Virus record (IMG/VR): IMGVR_UViG_3300025769_000070
DNA length: 52,961 nt
Direction: 5' to 3' (one strand)
From: a virus
Lineage: Duplodnaviria; Heunggongvirae; Uroviricota; Caudoviricetes
Part shown: positions 9,636 to 17,603 of the stretch, piece by piece
How positions within the stretch are numbered: position 1 is the first letter of the stretch
Layout: each line of letters starts with the position of its first letter
Made by a program: the position numbers and the translations under genes
Notes under the pieces: model-generated
The model's database searches: none
What the model saw: only the letters and a program-made list of their open reading frames with translations
What the model was told of the DNA's origin: nothing

Positions 9636-9674
9636 TAATCTCTCACCGCTTCAATATGTATCAGGGAAATAATG

Positions 9675-10262
9675 CTAGGCAGTCTTTTTTGCCTCTACAT
9701 TCAAAGAAACAAGAATCCCATTACCTTTTTCTAATCTATTATGAGATAGCTTAATATCTCTATCACGAGCCGGAATATAAGCTTGAGAAAAATCGTCGCA
9801 ATATCCATGATCAACTTCCCACCAATTCCATCTGGAGACTTCATCAAATCCTGTATTCAATAAATCTTCTTTTAGTGTCTTAAAGTCCCAACCGTTGTAG
9901 TGAAAATCAAATGGATGACGTTGTGATCCATACAACAACGCAGATAATTCCCTCAAATCACCATTATAAATATACCTTTTACAAACAGCTTCAATATCTG
10001 GGACGGCTAACCTAAGAATCCCCCTAGGTTTTAAAAGTTTAAACCATCTGTTTAATGCTTTTAAAGAGTCTTCCTTTCCCAAATGTTCTAACATATGAGA
10101 ACAATAGATTAAATCCACGCTATTTTCTTTAAAAGTTTTTAACGTAAAGGCGTCGTCTACTACGTCTGGATTACATTCTTCTCTAATATCTACATTAATA
10201 AATCCAGGCAAGTGTTTATCATAGCAACCAAGATTTAGTTTTATATTTTTATCTGTTGACAT
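9675..10262 (-). CDS. class I SAM-dependent methyltransferase (type 11-like)
   Basis: LNLGC, INVDIR, DLIYCSHMLEHL, LKPRGILRL. Confidence 0.85.
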   Translation of the reverse strand: MSTDKNIKLNLGCYDKHLPGFINVDIREECNPDVVDDAFTLKTFKENSVDLIYCSHMLEHLGKEDSLKALNRWFKLLKPRGILRLAVPDIEAVCKRYIYNGDLRELSALLYGSQRHPFDFHYNGWDFKTLKEDLLNTGFDEVSRWNWWEVDHGYCDDFSQAYIPARDRDIKLSHNRLEKGNGILVSLNVEAKKTA

Positions 10263-11212
10263 TATATAGTATCAATCTTTATATTGTCGTAATTTAATAA
10301 ACCTAGATTTCCGACGAACTGATTATCCCTAATATAATCTTTCAGCCGTTCATCATTACAGAAAAAGCCATCGTACTTATCAGGATTATGCATAACAATG
10401 CCTTGACATTCTTCATAACCAAAACCAAACTCATGTCCCTTCTTTGCCAACTCAACAACTGAATCCACTAAAAAAGGATGGTCGTAGGTCGGTTTCCCCT
10501 GCATTAACCAAGAGTTGGGGTTGAAACCAGAACTAGGACCATCCATAGATTTAAGATGGGTAACAATAACATCTTTAGATAAAACAAATTTTTTCCTAAT
10601 TGCCGCACATAAAAAAGAAAATACAGATTCTGAACAAAAGCTGGCATAAATGTCCGGAAAAAGATATCCATACGCATCCATTATAGCCTTTGAAAAGATT
10701 TGGCAGTGAAGATTTATGGTTTTTCCAACAGGAATGTCGAAATTTCCATTTTTAAAAAATTGATGATTTTGAGTATGATCATAATGGTTTTCTCCCAAAT
10801 TAAACCACTGAAAATACCCACCATCTGAATCAACTTGAGCAGCGACCATTCCATAATCATCTGTGGCTAAGAGCTGGTAAAGAGAAAAGATGTCGGTCTT
10901 CTTGGTGAATTCTATGCCAGAATCTACGTAAAGATACCCCTCAAAATCGCCAAACAATTCCTTAGCCTTGAGAGCTGAGTGATTGAAGGTGACGTTGACG
11001 GGTAATGGCTCTTGAATCAGATTGAAGGTGACCGGCCTTGATACTTTTTTCTTCACATACTCCATCGCAGATCTAGAATTCATACAAGACGAAACAATAA
11101 CCTTAGAGTCAGTTATATCCTGATCTAAAATAGAATTTATTGCTTTAACATATTGCTGAGGGTGTTCACCTGAAATACCACATGTATTAAAAATAATAGC
11201 TAGCTTATTCAT
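10262..11212 (-). CDS. putative glycosyltransferase (GT-A-like)
   Basis: YVKAINSILDQD, LYVDSG; sits in the glycan cluster. Confidence 0.55.
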   Translation of the reverse strand: MNKLAIIFNTCGISGEHPQQYVKAINSILDQDITDSKVIVSSCMNSRSAMEYVKKKVSRPVTFNLIQEPLPVNVTFNHSALKAKELFGDFEGYLYVDSGIEFTKKTDIFSLYQLLATDDYGMVAAQVDSDGGYFQWFNLGENHYDHTQNHQFFKNGNFDIPVGKTINLHCQIFSKAIMDAYGYLFPDIYASFCSESVFSFLCAAIRKKFVLSKDVIVTHLKSMDGPSSGFNPNSWLMQGKPTYDHPFLVDSVVELAKKGHEFGFGYEECQGIVMHNPDKYDGFFCNDERLKDYIRDNQFVGNLGLLNYDNIKIDTI

Positions 11213-11903
11213 CTAATTTTGAAGCCTCTCTAGTGACATCGCATGTTAATAGTTCTGTAACTGAAAATTTACCATCGTGAAAAGTTCTGTGAACCATCTC
11301 TCTAGCAGTTTCATCGTCTTGCCGTAGCTCTAAAGAACTAATTGAATTATGAAAAACATGATCAATTTCTACTTCCGGAAGATCTACAATATTTTTATTA
11401 ATAGATTCCTTGTAGATCCTATAGGTTACTACATCAGATCCATGATTTCCAAATCTCTCATCCATAATAAAACCGAGTTTATGGGCGGAACTGGTCTTGA
11501 TAAAAGGAAAAGCAGCATAGTCTTGACGAACTCGGTCGATACTGTTATCATGCGTTCGTCCATACAGAAAATCCCCACCCATTTTTTCTTTTGCCAGCTT
11601 ATCCCATCCTCTATTAGTTAATACGCAGTCGTCATTAATTACTAGTATATACTCACTAGTCACAAGGGGTAAAAGAGAATTCATCTTAGTATGTAAGTTA
11701 AAACATCTTTTATCAACTACAAATTTTACATTGTCATAATTATTAAATATGTCAAAGTATTCTTTTAGGCTTTTATCATCTGAATCACAGCCAACAAGTA
11801 ATTCAAATGGTAACTCGCATGTCTCTGTTAAAGATACATACAGGTCTCGCAACATTAATGGTCTTCCACGAGAAACCAGTACAATTGATGTATTATTTTG
11901 CAT
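11205..11903 (-). CDS. glycosyltransferase, GT2-like
   Basis: SIVLVSRGRP, VGCDSDD, VINDDC. Confidence 0.7.
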   Translation of the reverse strand: MQNNTSIVLVSRGRPLMLRDLYVSLTETCELPFELLVGCDSDDKSLKEYFDIFNNYDNVKFVVDKRCFNLHTKMNSLLPLVTSEYILVINDDCVLTNRGWDKLAKEKMGGDFLYGRTHDNSIDRVRQDYAAFPFIKTSSAHKLGFIMDERFGNHGSDVVTYRIYKESINKNIVDLPEVEIDHVFHNSISSLELRQDDETAREMVHRTFHDGKFSVTELLTCDVTREASKLDE

Positions 11904-12471
11904 ATAATTCTCTTTCTACATATTCTGCAAGTATATGACCTATTACAATATGTGCTTCTTGTATTTTAGGAGTAGAGTAAGATGGTACATGAATTTTATA
12001 ATCACATTTTTCACTAAGTTCAGAAACATTAAAACCTACCAAGCAAACGGTTGGAATAAGTTTACTGATAGCGACATCACATGCTTTGATTAAATTTTTT
12101 GATTTTCCAGATGTACTTAAACAAACAAATACATCCGAACTTTGACCAAAAGCATCTAATTGACGAGAAAAAACTTCTGTGTAATCAAAGTCATTAGCTA
12201 TCGCTGTAATAACTGCGGAATTATTACTTAGACTCATAGCTGGCATAGATGGTCTGTCCAATAAGAATCTACCAACAAACTCTCCAGCAATATGGTCAGC
12301 TTGTGAGGCTGAACCACCATTGCCAGCGAATATGATTTTGCCGCCATTCCTAATTTTTATAACCAATAAATCCGCAACTTCCTGAATTGAGTTTAATACA
12401 CCATCTCTCTTAACAATCTCATTTAATAGATATGCAGAATCTTCAATTGAATTTTTAATATTCATACTCAA
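11893..12471 (-). CDS. gmhA: phosphoheptose (sedoheptulose-7-phosphate) isomerase, SIS domain
   Basis: GNGGSASQADHIAGEF, TAIAND, LSTSGKS, IQEAH. Confidence 0.92.
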   Translation of the reverse strand: MSMNIKNSIEDSAYLLNEIVKRDGVLNSIQEVADLLVIKIRNGGKIIFAGNGGSASQADHIAGEFVGRFLLDRPSMPAMSLSNNSAVITAIANDFDYTEVFSRQLDAFGQSSDVFVCLSTSGKSKNLIKACDVAISKLIPTVCLVGFNVSELSEKCDYKIHVPSYSTPKIQEAHIVIGHILAEYVERELYAK

Positions 12472-13114
12472 TTCCTTGATTAAATTCTTCAGATTTATTG
12501 ATATAAGAAGAAGCGTTTATAAAAGTAATCCCGTCACGATCTAGCCTACCGTAATTATAACAGTCTGGCTCGTCGTGAATATGTCCAAAGGCATGAATCA
12601 TTGGTTTAATTTCAAGCACTTTATTCATCAGGCTTTTACATCCAGAGTGGATATATCGTTTTCTTTTATTCTTGTCCTCACAAACATCAAGAATTCCTTT
12701 TGGAGGACCATGAGTAACTAGAATGTCACATTTAGGAACAGAATCCCATACTACCTGCATCCTGTTATGTTTCTTCATATAAGCCCAGTTATTCCCATAC
12801 GTAGGAGTATACGGAGATCCAAAAATTATAAGACCTTCTATACTGGTTGCTTCATGTATTAAGAACTTTACATTTGGGTAATTTTCACGCCTGATTAATC
12901 CTGCTTCTATCGCAGTAGAATGATTTCCCGGAACAAAGATCTTGTGTTCAACATCAAGTTTTGAAAACCATTCAAAAAATTTGTGAGATTCCCCTTCATT
13001 TATATGTGGGTTCTTATGATTAGACTCATCACCACAACAAATGATTACGTCAGTATTTGGGACGTATATTTTTTCGTGATTACCGTGAGTATCACTTATA
13101 AAAAAAAGATCCAT
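12455..13114 (-). CDS. calcineurin-like metallophosphoesterase
   Basis: ISDTHG, GD, GNH, THGPP, GHIH. Confidence 0.9.
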   Translation of the reverse strand: MDLFFISDTHGNHEKIYVPNTDVIICCGDESNHKNPHINEGESHKFFEWFSKLDVEHKIFVPGNHSTAIEAGLIRRENYPNVKFLIHEATSIEGLIIFGSPYTPTYGNNWAYMKKHNRMQVVWDSVPKCDILVTHGPPKGILDVCEDKNKRKRYIHSGCKSLMNKVLEIKPMIHAFGHIHDEPDCYNYGRLDRDGITFINASSYINKSEEFNQGIEYEY

Positions 13115-13288
13115 AGTATTCTTTTATAATAGGAGTATGATAATTATTATGAGTAATTCTATATTTATTAAAATTTTCTCTATTAAAATCATAATCTAGT
13201 ATTTTATCATTAATACTAAAAAATAAATCAACTATAACATTATCTATTTTCGACATTAAAAATTCTCATTTCTGGTAAAAGAGAAAGG

Positions 13289-13546
13289 CTATCTTCTGTA
13301 GCCATAGGGGATTGCCAAGTATTCTTGGTGGGAGAACTCCGGATTGACAAGGGGAAGATTATTATCCTCATAATATTTCCGGATAGCCTTCTCTCTGCAT
13401 TCCCGACAAGCCACCTTTAAATGCCGGACGGCATACCTATTCACTAACATGTCCGCCTCAGTGTACTTATTTACATAACATCTAGGACAAATATCCATTG
13501 TACGCAATTCGAACCAAACAAGTGAGAATTGATAGTTTCTAAACAC
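13289..13546 (-). CDS. hypothetical protein with two CxxC motifs
   Basis: CPRC and CREC; the true start may be the ATG of MDICPRC. Confidence 0.5.
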   Translation of the reverse strand: MFRNYQFSLVWFELRTMDICPRCYVNKYTEADMLVNRYAVRHLKVACRECREKAIRKYYEDNNLPLVNPEFSHQEYLAIPYGYRR

Positions 13547-13626
13547 AGTACTCTCTGTATGTCACCCCTGCCTTTATCTTTTACAAGAAAAATTACATTG
13601 TCAAGGAAGCCGACTAGGCTGACGCC

Positions 13627-13666
13627 ATTTGTCTTGGTAAACGAAGTTTACATAAACAAGACAAAT
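13627..13666. repeat. inverted repeat / hairpin
   Basis: ATTTGTCTTG-GTAAAC-GAA-GTTTAC-(ATAAA bulge)-CAAGACAAAT: 16 perfectly paired bases. Confidence 0.7.
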
Positions 13667-14027
13667 ACCCACGGTAGTGTCCATTATTTAAAACTTAAAA
13701 AAAGTAAGATAGTGGAAACGGAATCCGTGCAGAGGAAAAACACTAAAACTAAAAGACCAGCAGAGTTCTTTGTATCGGAAATTTCGCTCCGGAGTCAGCT
13801 AGAGTGGCGTTTTTCTGCTGTCTCAACGGGAGACTCTGTAAGCTGGGAGACGCCGAACCAGCCGTTCTGTTAGTATAGCTCAGTTTTGCCAAAAAAGTTA
13901 GGATTTTTTAGAAAAATTGTTCGACTTGGCGGATATAGTCTGCTAAACTTCCTCAGATGACGACTGCCGCCAAGAGATCGGGTTTCGAAAGAATGTGTCT
14001 GCGAAAGCAGAGAAGGTGGACGCAGTG

Positions 14028-14120
14028 GCATAACGCCCCGGCAATAACCGGGCACGAAAGGTTGACGATGACTACACAAGCGAGCGGGCAGAGTGCTCCG
14101 AGTTCATTGCCTTGTTCTAC
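14028..14120 (-). mobile_element. integron attC-like site 1 (93 bp)
   Basis: Minus strand: R'' GTAGAAC, 5-nt spacer, L'' AATGAACT with an unpaired 4th base, stem CGG(A)GCAC, loop, L' GGTTATT, R' GTTATGC. Confidence 0.75.
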
Positions 14121-14377
14121 GTCTTCGCCGGATCGCGGGCGATTGCCGGATTCGGTTTCCGACTTGAACTGGCAGGAGCACCGCCCAGGAACTGGGTACT
14201 ACGACAACGACATACTATTGGCCGCAGTGCCCGTGAACGGCTCAACGGGTTGGGCGTATGAACTGGCTGTGATTTCTGCGGTATTCAACGGCGATTATTT
14301 GGACTGGTACTGCAACGGTGAGTTGTGGGAATGGGCGATCGACGATGCTGAGTTCGTTGTGAGGATTTGACGTAGAA
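14034..14377 (-). mobile_element. integron-type gene cassette 1 (ORF antisense to attC)
   Basis: ORF body flanked by a perfect 10-bp inverted pair GTTCTACGTC (14114-14123) / GACGTAGAAC (14369-14378), as expected for one cassette's R''/R' cores. Confidence 0.7.
14068..14370 (+). CDS. cassette-borne hypothetical protein (100 aa)
   Basis: ATG 14068 follows GAAAGG inside the attC1 loop. The stop abuts the attC2 core. Confidence 0.65.
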   Translation: MTTQASGQSAPSSLPCSTSSPDRGRLPDSVSDLNWQEHRPGTGYYDNDILLAAVPVNGSTGWAYELAVISAVFNGDYLDWYCNGELWEWAIDDAEFVVRI

Positions 14378-14462
14378 CGCCCCACATCACCCGGTTGCGG
14401 CGGGTGACTTGGATTTCTAATTCCGCGTTCGACCGCAACTCGGGTGCATGTGTTTGTTCTTT
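14372..14462 (-). mobile_element. integron attC-like site 2 (91 bp)
   Basis: Minus strand: R'' AAAGAAC, spacer AAACA, L'' CAT(G)CACC, CG(A)GTTGCGG stem / CCGCAACCG, L' GGTGATG, 6-nt spacer, R' GTTCTAC; two extrahelical bases. Confidence 0.85.
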
Positions 14463-14727
14463 TGGTGTACTGATGGCACGTGGCATTTCATTGTCAGAAG
14501 CGATTGATGCGTCTGAGGCTGATTGGCAGTCGAAGCATGGGAAGTGCATGCTGTGCGAGGGCGGTCCGCCAAACGACAGCGGGCAACACTGTTACGATGG
14601 ACACATTTCAGATTGCCCGAACGTGCGGGAGCCGTGCGGGCTGTGTCACGGCTGTCTGCCGCCGGGGGAGATTTGCCGAGGCTGTAATCGGATGAACCCG
14701 TACGCATACCAGTGCTGACCAAAAGAA
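14378..14727 (-). mobile_element. integron-type gene cassette 2 (ORF antisense to attC)
   Basis: ORF body flanked by a perfect 11-bp inverted pair GTTCTTTTGGT (14456-14466) / ACCAAAAGAAC (14718-14728). Confidence 0.72.
14395..14718 (+). CDS. cassette-borne Cys-rich (putative Zn-binding) protein; start uncertain
   Basis: CMLC, CGLC, CRGC motifs. The stop abuts the attC3 core. The start could be TTG/GTG within attC2 or a downstream ATG. Confidence 0.6.
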   Translation: MRRVTWISNSAFDRNSGACVCSFGVLMARGISLSEAIDASEADWQSKHGKCMLCEGGPPNDSGQHCYDGHISDCPNVREPCGLCHGCLPPGEICRGCNRMNPYAYQC

Positions 14728-14812
14728 CGTTTAAGGTAAACGGGTTGCCGGAAAGGGTTTTCAATGTCAGATTCAGCGTCGTCGGCAACTCCGGTTGACC
14801 GACTGGTTATGC
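14722..14812 (-). mobile_element. integron attC-like site 3 (91 bp)
   Basis: Minus strand: R'' GCATAAC, spacer CAGTC, L'' GGT(C)AACC, G(A)GTTGCCG stem, L' GTTTACC, 6-nt spacer, R' GTTCTTT. The extrahelical bases read G and T on the plus (bottom) strand, as in canonical attC. Confidence 0.82.
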
Positions 14813-15150
14813 CGCGTGTAGGCATCTATTTGGTGAGTCGAACGAGTTGCTGGGAAGGTCAGCCATGCGACGAAGCCTACGAAGTAGAAATGATAAAGGT
14901 TGATCGTCGTACTGTTGACGACCCGAAGAAGATACCAGTCAACAACGGAACGGACGGAGATTGGTACGAACGTGGAACAAATCATCGAATAGAAGACGGA
15001 AAAATCTGCCGTGATCTTGGGTTTTATAGTAGATGGGCGGTTCAGGTTAATGACATTATGGATTTTGTAGACGATCACGGCTGTTGCGTGGTAAGCCGTG
15101 ACAGCGAAGGATTCGCGACTATTGAGATCTATGACGATTATCGAGAGTAG
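14764..15150 (+). CDS. phage-type hypothetical protein starting inside attC3
   Basis: GAAAGG then ATG 14764 in the attC3 loop; acidic C-terminus IEIYDDYRE. Confidence 0.75.
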   Translation: MSDSASSATPVDRLVMPRVGIYLVSRTSCWEGQPCDEAYEVEMIKVDRRTVDDPKKIPVNNGTDGDWYERGTNHRIEDGKICRDLGFYSRWAVQVNDIMDFVDDHGCCVVSRDSEGFATIEIYDDYRE

Positions 15151-15216
15151 CAGATATAAACATGGTAATTTCAAACGACGATTATCCGTCACTCAAGTTT
15201 ACTAAAGGTAAGCCAG

Positions 15217-15513
15217 ATGTCTTGGAAACGTTTTGCTGTCAGAATTGTAAGATATCTGTTTCCGTGGATGGTAATTGAGCATCCCGTAATGAGTTTGACT
15301 GAGTTCAATCAAATGGAGCTTTGGCGGTGGTGTATGCCGGAAGAGTTTTCGTTTGGACAGTCGGGCTTAGAAGACACATTACAGCCTATACCTCCACGTT
15401 TCAGGAAATGCAACCGGGATTTAGATGTAGCGGCGAGAACACATCGACTTCGCGTTCAAATTGCGTTGTTGCGGAAACAGATGGGATGTCCACCGATTTA
15501 TTGGAAAAATTAG
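15217..15513 (+). CDS. hypothetical protein
   Basis: 98-aa ORF. Confidence 0.5.
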   Translation: MSWKRFAVRIVRYLFPWMVIEHPVMSLTEFNQMELWRWCMPEEFSFGQSGLEDTLQPIPPRFRKCNRDLDVAARTHRLRVQIALLRKQMGCPPIYWKN

Positions 15514-15636
15514 TTATGAAAATTAAAACTTTTATAATGAAGCTGAAGTGACTAAGTTGGGGGGATAAACTGAATGAGTTTCTAGGTTCCAGATGAGGAA
15601 AAAATGAGTACAGGCGAATATAAGAATTGAGGTTTT

Positions 15637-15879
15637 ATGGACAATAAATCAAAATTAAATTATGCAGTTGATTGGTTTACTAATCTATCTTCAAAACAGC
15701 AATCTGAAGTAGTACGTGAATTATTTCATCATGCAATCACTTCCGAATGGATTAATGTTTGGAGTTTAGAAGACCGGAAAGAAATGGTTGAAGATGAAGG
15801 ATTTAGCCAAGCAGAGGTCGATGCTCCTTATTTTACAACATGTGGTGAACCACTAGTTTCATTAGATGAGAGTAATTAA
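15637..15879 (+). CDS. hypothetical protein
   Basis: 80-aa ORF with GAGG RBS. Confidence 0.6.
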   Translation: MDNKSKLNYAVDWFTNLSSKQQSEVVRELFHHAITSEWINVWSLEDRKEMVEDEGFSQAEVDAPYFTTCGEPLVSLDESN

Positions 15880-16096
15880 AGTTATGAATAATGAAGATTT
15901 CTTAGCTGAAAAAGAAAAAAGAATACAGTTGTACATAGAACGTGCATCAAGAGAATGTGACCTGTTCAGTGGAGAACCTATCAAGAAAGAGGTGAAACTA
16001 AATAAAGAAGAAATTTCATGGCTAAAAAGCATTGGACTTAAGTAATCTTGACAAAATTTTGAGAATTCACCGCACTCTAACCGAAAGCAGGATATA

Positions 16097-16330
16097 ATGA
16101 GGACAGAAGAAAAATCGGAGTACTTGAACTTGATTTTTGAGTTACTTGGTAATCCAAATCAAGAACTGAAGTCTGCATTAGGACTTATTAAAACTCAGAA
16201 CTTAGTATATTTAGCTAAGTCAGTATCCGATCTTCTAGGCAAAGAAATGCCTGAATTTCCAACACGCACTCAAGTGCAAAGATCAAGATTATCTTTTTTA
16301 GAAACAGGACAAACAGATGAATCAGACTAA
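16097..16330 (+). CDS. hypothetical protein
   Basis: 77-aa ORF overlapping the next start. Confidence 0.55.
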   Translation: MRTEEKSEYLNLIFELLGNPNQELKSALGLIKTQNLVYLAKSVSDLLGKEMPEFPTRTQVQRSRLSFLETGQTDESD

Positions 16331-16625
16331 ATTTATTGAGGAACTATCATTAGTTTCTAACAGCTACTCTTGGACTCATAATGGGACAAGTTTGTTGGGG
16401 GTTGCAAAAAACGGACATGACCGTGGAGCAATCTTTAATCCTGTCACAGCACTTGCCCGATCTAAACGTCTTGGTTCCTTCCAGAATACTTCTCAAGGAA
16501 CTAAGAATGCCGCTAAGGCTTTGGGTCTATCCAGTATTACTTTGGCATCTGTTCTATCTTCTGAGAATCGCGGAAACGCTCAAGTTGTTAGGGGTAGAAT
16601 GTTGAACAAACTCGGAGTCTCATGA
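16317..16625 (+). CDS. conserved-looking phage hypothetical protein
   Basis: 102-aa ORF, coupled junctions. Confidence 0.65.
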   Translation: MNQTKFIEELSLVSNSYSWTHNGTSLLGVAKNGHDRGAIFNPVTALARSKRLGSFQNTSQGTKNAAKALGLSSITLASVLSSENRGNAQVVRGRMLNKLGVS

Positions 16626-16969
16626 GTCACTATTTAATTACAGAAACACAGGTTGTATCTGTTGAATACTTAGTCAGGGCTGACTCCTTAGTGCAAGCTA
16701 AGGCAAAAGCTAAGGTCATAGACCAAGATGTTGTAGAACTAACGAGTCATCCTGATTTTATTAAAACAGTTTCTTATGATGGAAAAAAAGTAGATAAGGA
16801 TGAAAATGATCCTGTCATAGTAGCCGCTATTAAAACAGTAGAGGCTAATTATGAAATCATTGAACCCGATCCTCCGAAAAAGCCGGTAAAAAGAAGAGGG
16901 GCAAAAGCGGAGAAAGAAAATGCTAGGGTTTTACTTGAATTAGTAGAGAGGAAAAATGGGACTAAATAA
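16622..16969 (+). CDS. hypothetical protein
   Basis: 115-aa ORF, 4-nt ATGA overlap. Confidence 0.6.
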   Translation: MSHYLITETQVVSVEYLVRADSLVQAKAKAKVIDQDVVELTSHPDFIKTVSYDGKKVDKDENDPVIVAAIKTVEANYEIIEPDPPKKPVKRRGAKAEKENARVLLELVERKNGTK

Positions 16970-17267
16970 TATAAGTCTTGTTGGTGTAGCTGTTAGTGAT
17001 TATCGACCAATAAAAGATACTTTTGGTGTTTTTCGTATGGTAAATAATTATCGTCGGAAATCAGAAGAGAGTCTTTTTATTGACGTTAAGGTGTTCGATA
17101 AACTGGCAGAAATTTGTTATGACCATATTAAAAAAGGAACAAGAGTTGAAGTATCTGGAAGATTAAGTTTTAGAGTCACTGAAAAGGATGGTAAGAAATA
17201 TCAAGACTATTCAATAGTCGCAAATGATGTTGGCTTTAGCAATACTTTTGAAAATGAGGAAGAATAG
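16956..17267 (+). CDS. ssb: single-stranded DNA-binding protein (short, OB fold)
   Basis: NNISLVG, FIDVKVFDKLAE, KKGTRVEVSGRL, acidic tail. Confidence 0.8.
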   Translation: MGLNNISLVGVAVSDYRPIKDTFGVFRMVNNYRRKSEESLFIDVKVFDKLAEICYDHIKKGTRVEVSGRLSFRVTEKDGKKYQDYSIVANDVGFSNTFENEEE

Positions 17268-17268
17268 T

Positions 17269-17598
17269 ATGAACAATAGATCACAAATTATGTTTGATGG
17301 TATTTTGATTGTGATTTTGAGTTTTATGGGGCATTATTGCATCAATGTTAATAACCATCTGGTTATGAGTGAGCAGCGAAATAATATCAATGAAGATCAG
17401 ATTCGTGATATGGTAGTTCAACTGATCAATCAAAACCGTGATGATAACTTGGAGTTAGCGAAGAACCAAGGTCATCTAGAAGGCTTGATGACAATCCAAG
17501 AGCCTAAAGAGAAAAAAGCATATATGGATATCTGGCACGCTGGATACTATAATGGGATTGAACAGCAAAAACAAGAAAATCGTTTAGTTTCTGAATAA
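17269..17598 (+). CDS. membrane-anchored hypothetical protein
   Basis: N-terminal hydrophobic stretch; start moved to ATG 17269. Confidence 0.6.
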   Translation: MNNRSQIMFDGILIVILSFMGHYCINVNNHLVMSEQRNNINEDQIRDMVVQLINQNRDDNLELAKNQGHLEGLMTIQEPKEKKAYMDIWHAGYYNGIEQQKQENRLVSE

Positions 17599-17603
17599 TT
17601 TTG

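Noticed and set aside
1-13114. Bacterial O-antigen locus, i.e. a host chromosome segment
   Set aside because: There are no wzx/wzy/wzm/wzt genes, phage-like micro-ORFs are interspersed, and base composition matches the phage arm. An assembly chimera cannot be fully excluded without reads.
13261-13530. 11-bp inverted repeat (AATTCTCATTT / AAGTGAGAATT) flanking the CxxC ORF as a MITE or IS end
   Set aside because: It is short, AT-rich and has one mismatch, with no target-site duplication or transposase; likely chance.
13870-13895. TAGTATAGCTCAGTT as a tRNA
   Set aside because: It resembles a D-arm start, but there is no T-loop (GTTCRA in the right position), acceptor stem or cloverleaf.
13852-13926. 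GCCGAAC...GTTCGAC as another attC
   Set aside because: The cores nearly match but the interior forms no stem; at best a decayed remnant.
13957-14067. N-terminal 37 aa of the 137-aa ORF in the track
   Set aside because: It reads through the left arm of attC1 from outside the cassette. ATG 14068 has an SD and lies within the cassette.
14295-15192. Antisense and alternative-frame ORFs in the island (14295-14549, 14417-14788, 14480-14695, 14773-15192)
   Set aside because: Expected stop-poor shadow frames in GC-rich DNA; they cross attC boundaries.
15150-15216. Fourth attC site after the 128-aa ORF (TAAAC...GTTTA with a small GACG/CGTC hairpin)
   Set aside because: The arms do not pair, there are no L boxes, and the GCATAAC core expected for that cassette is absent.
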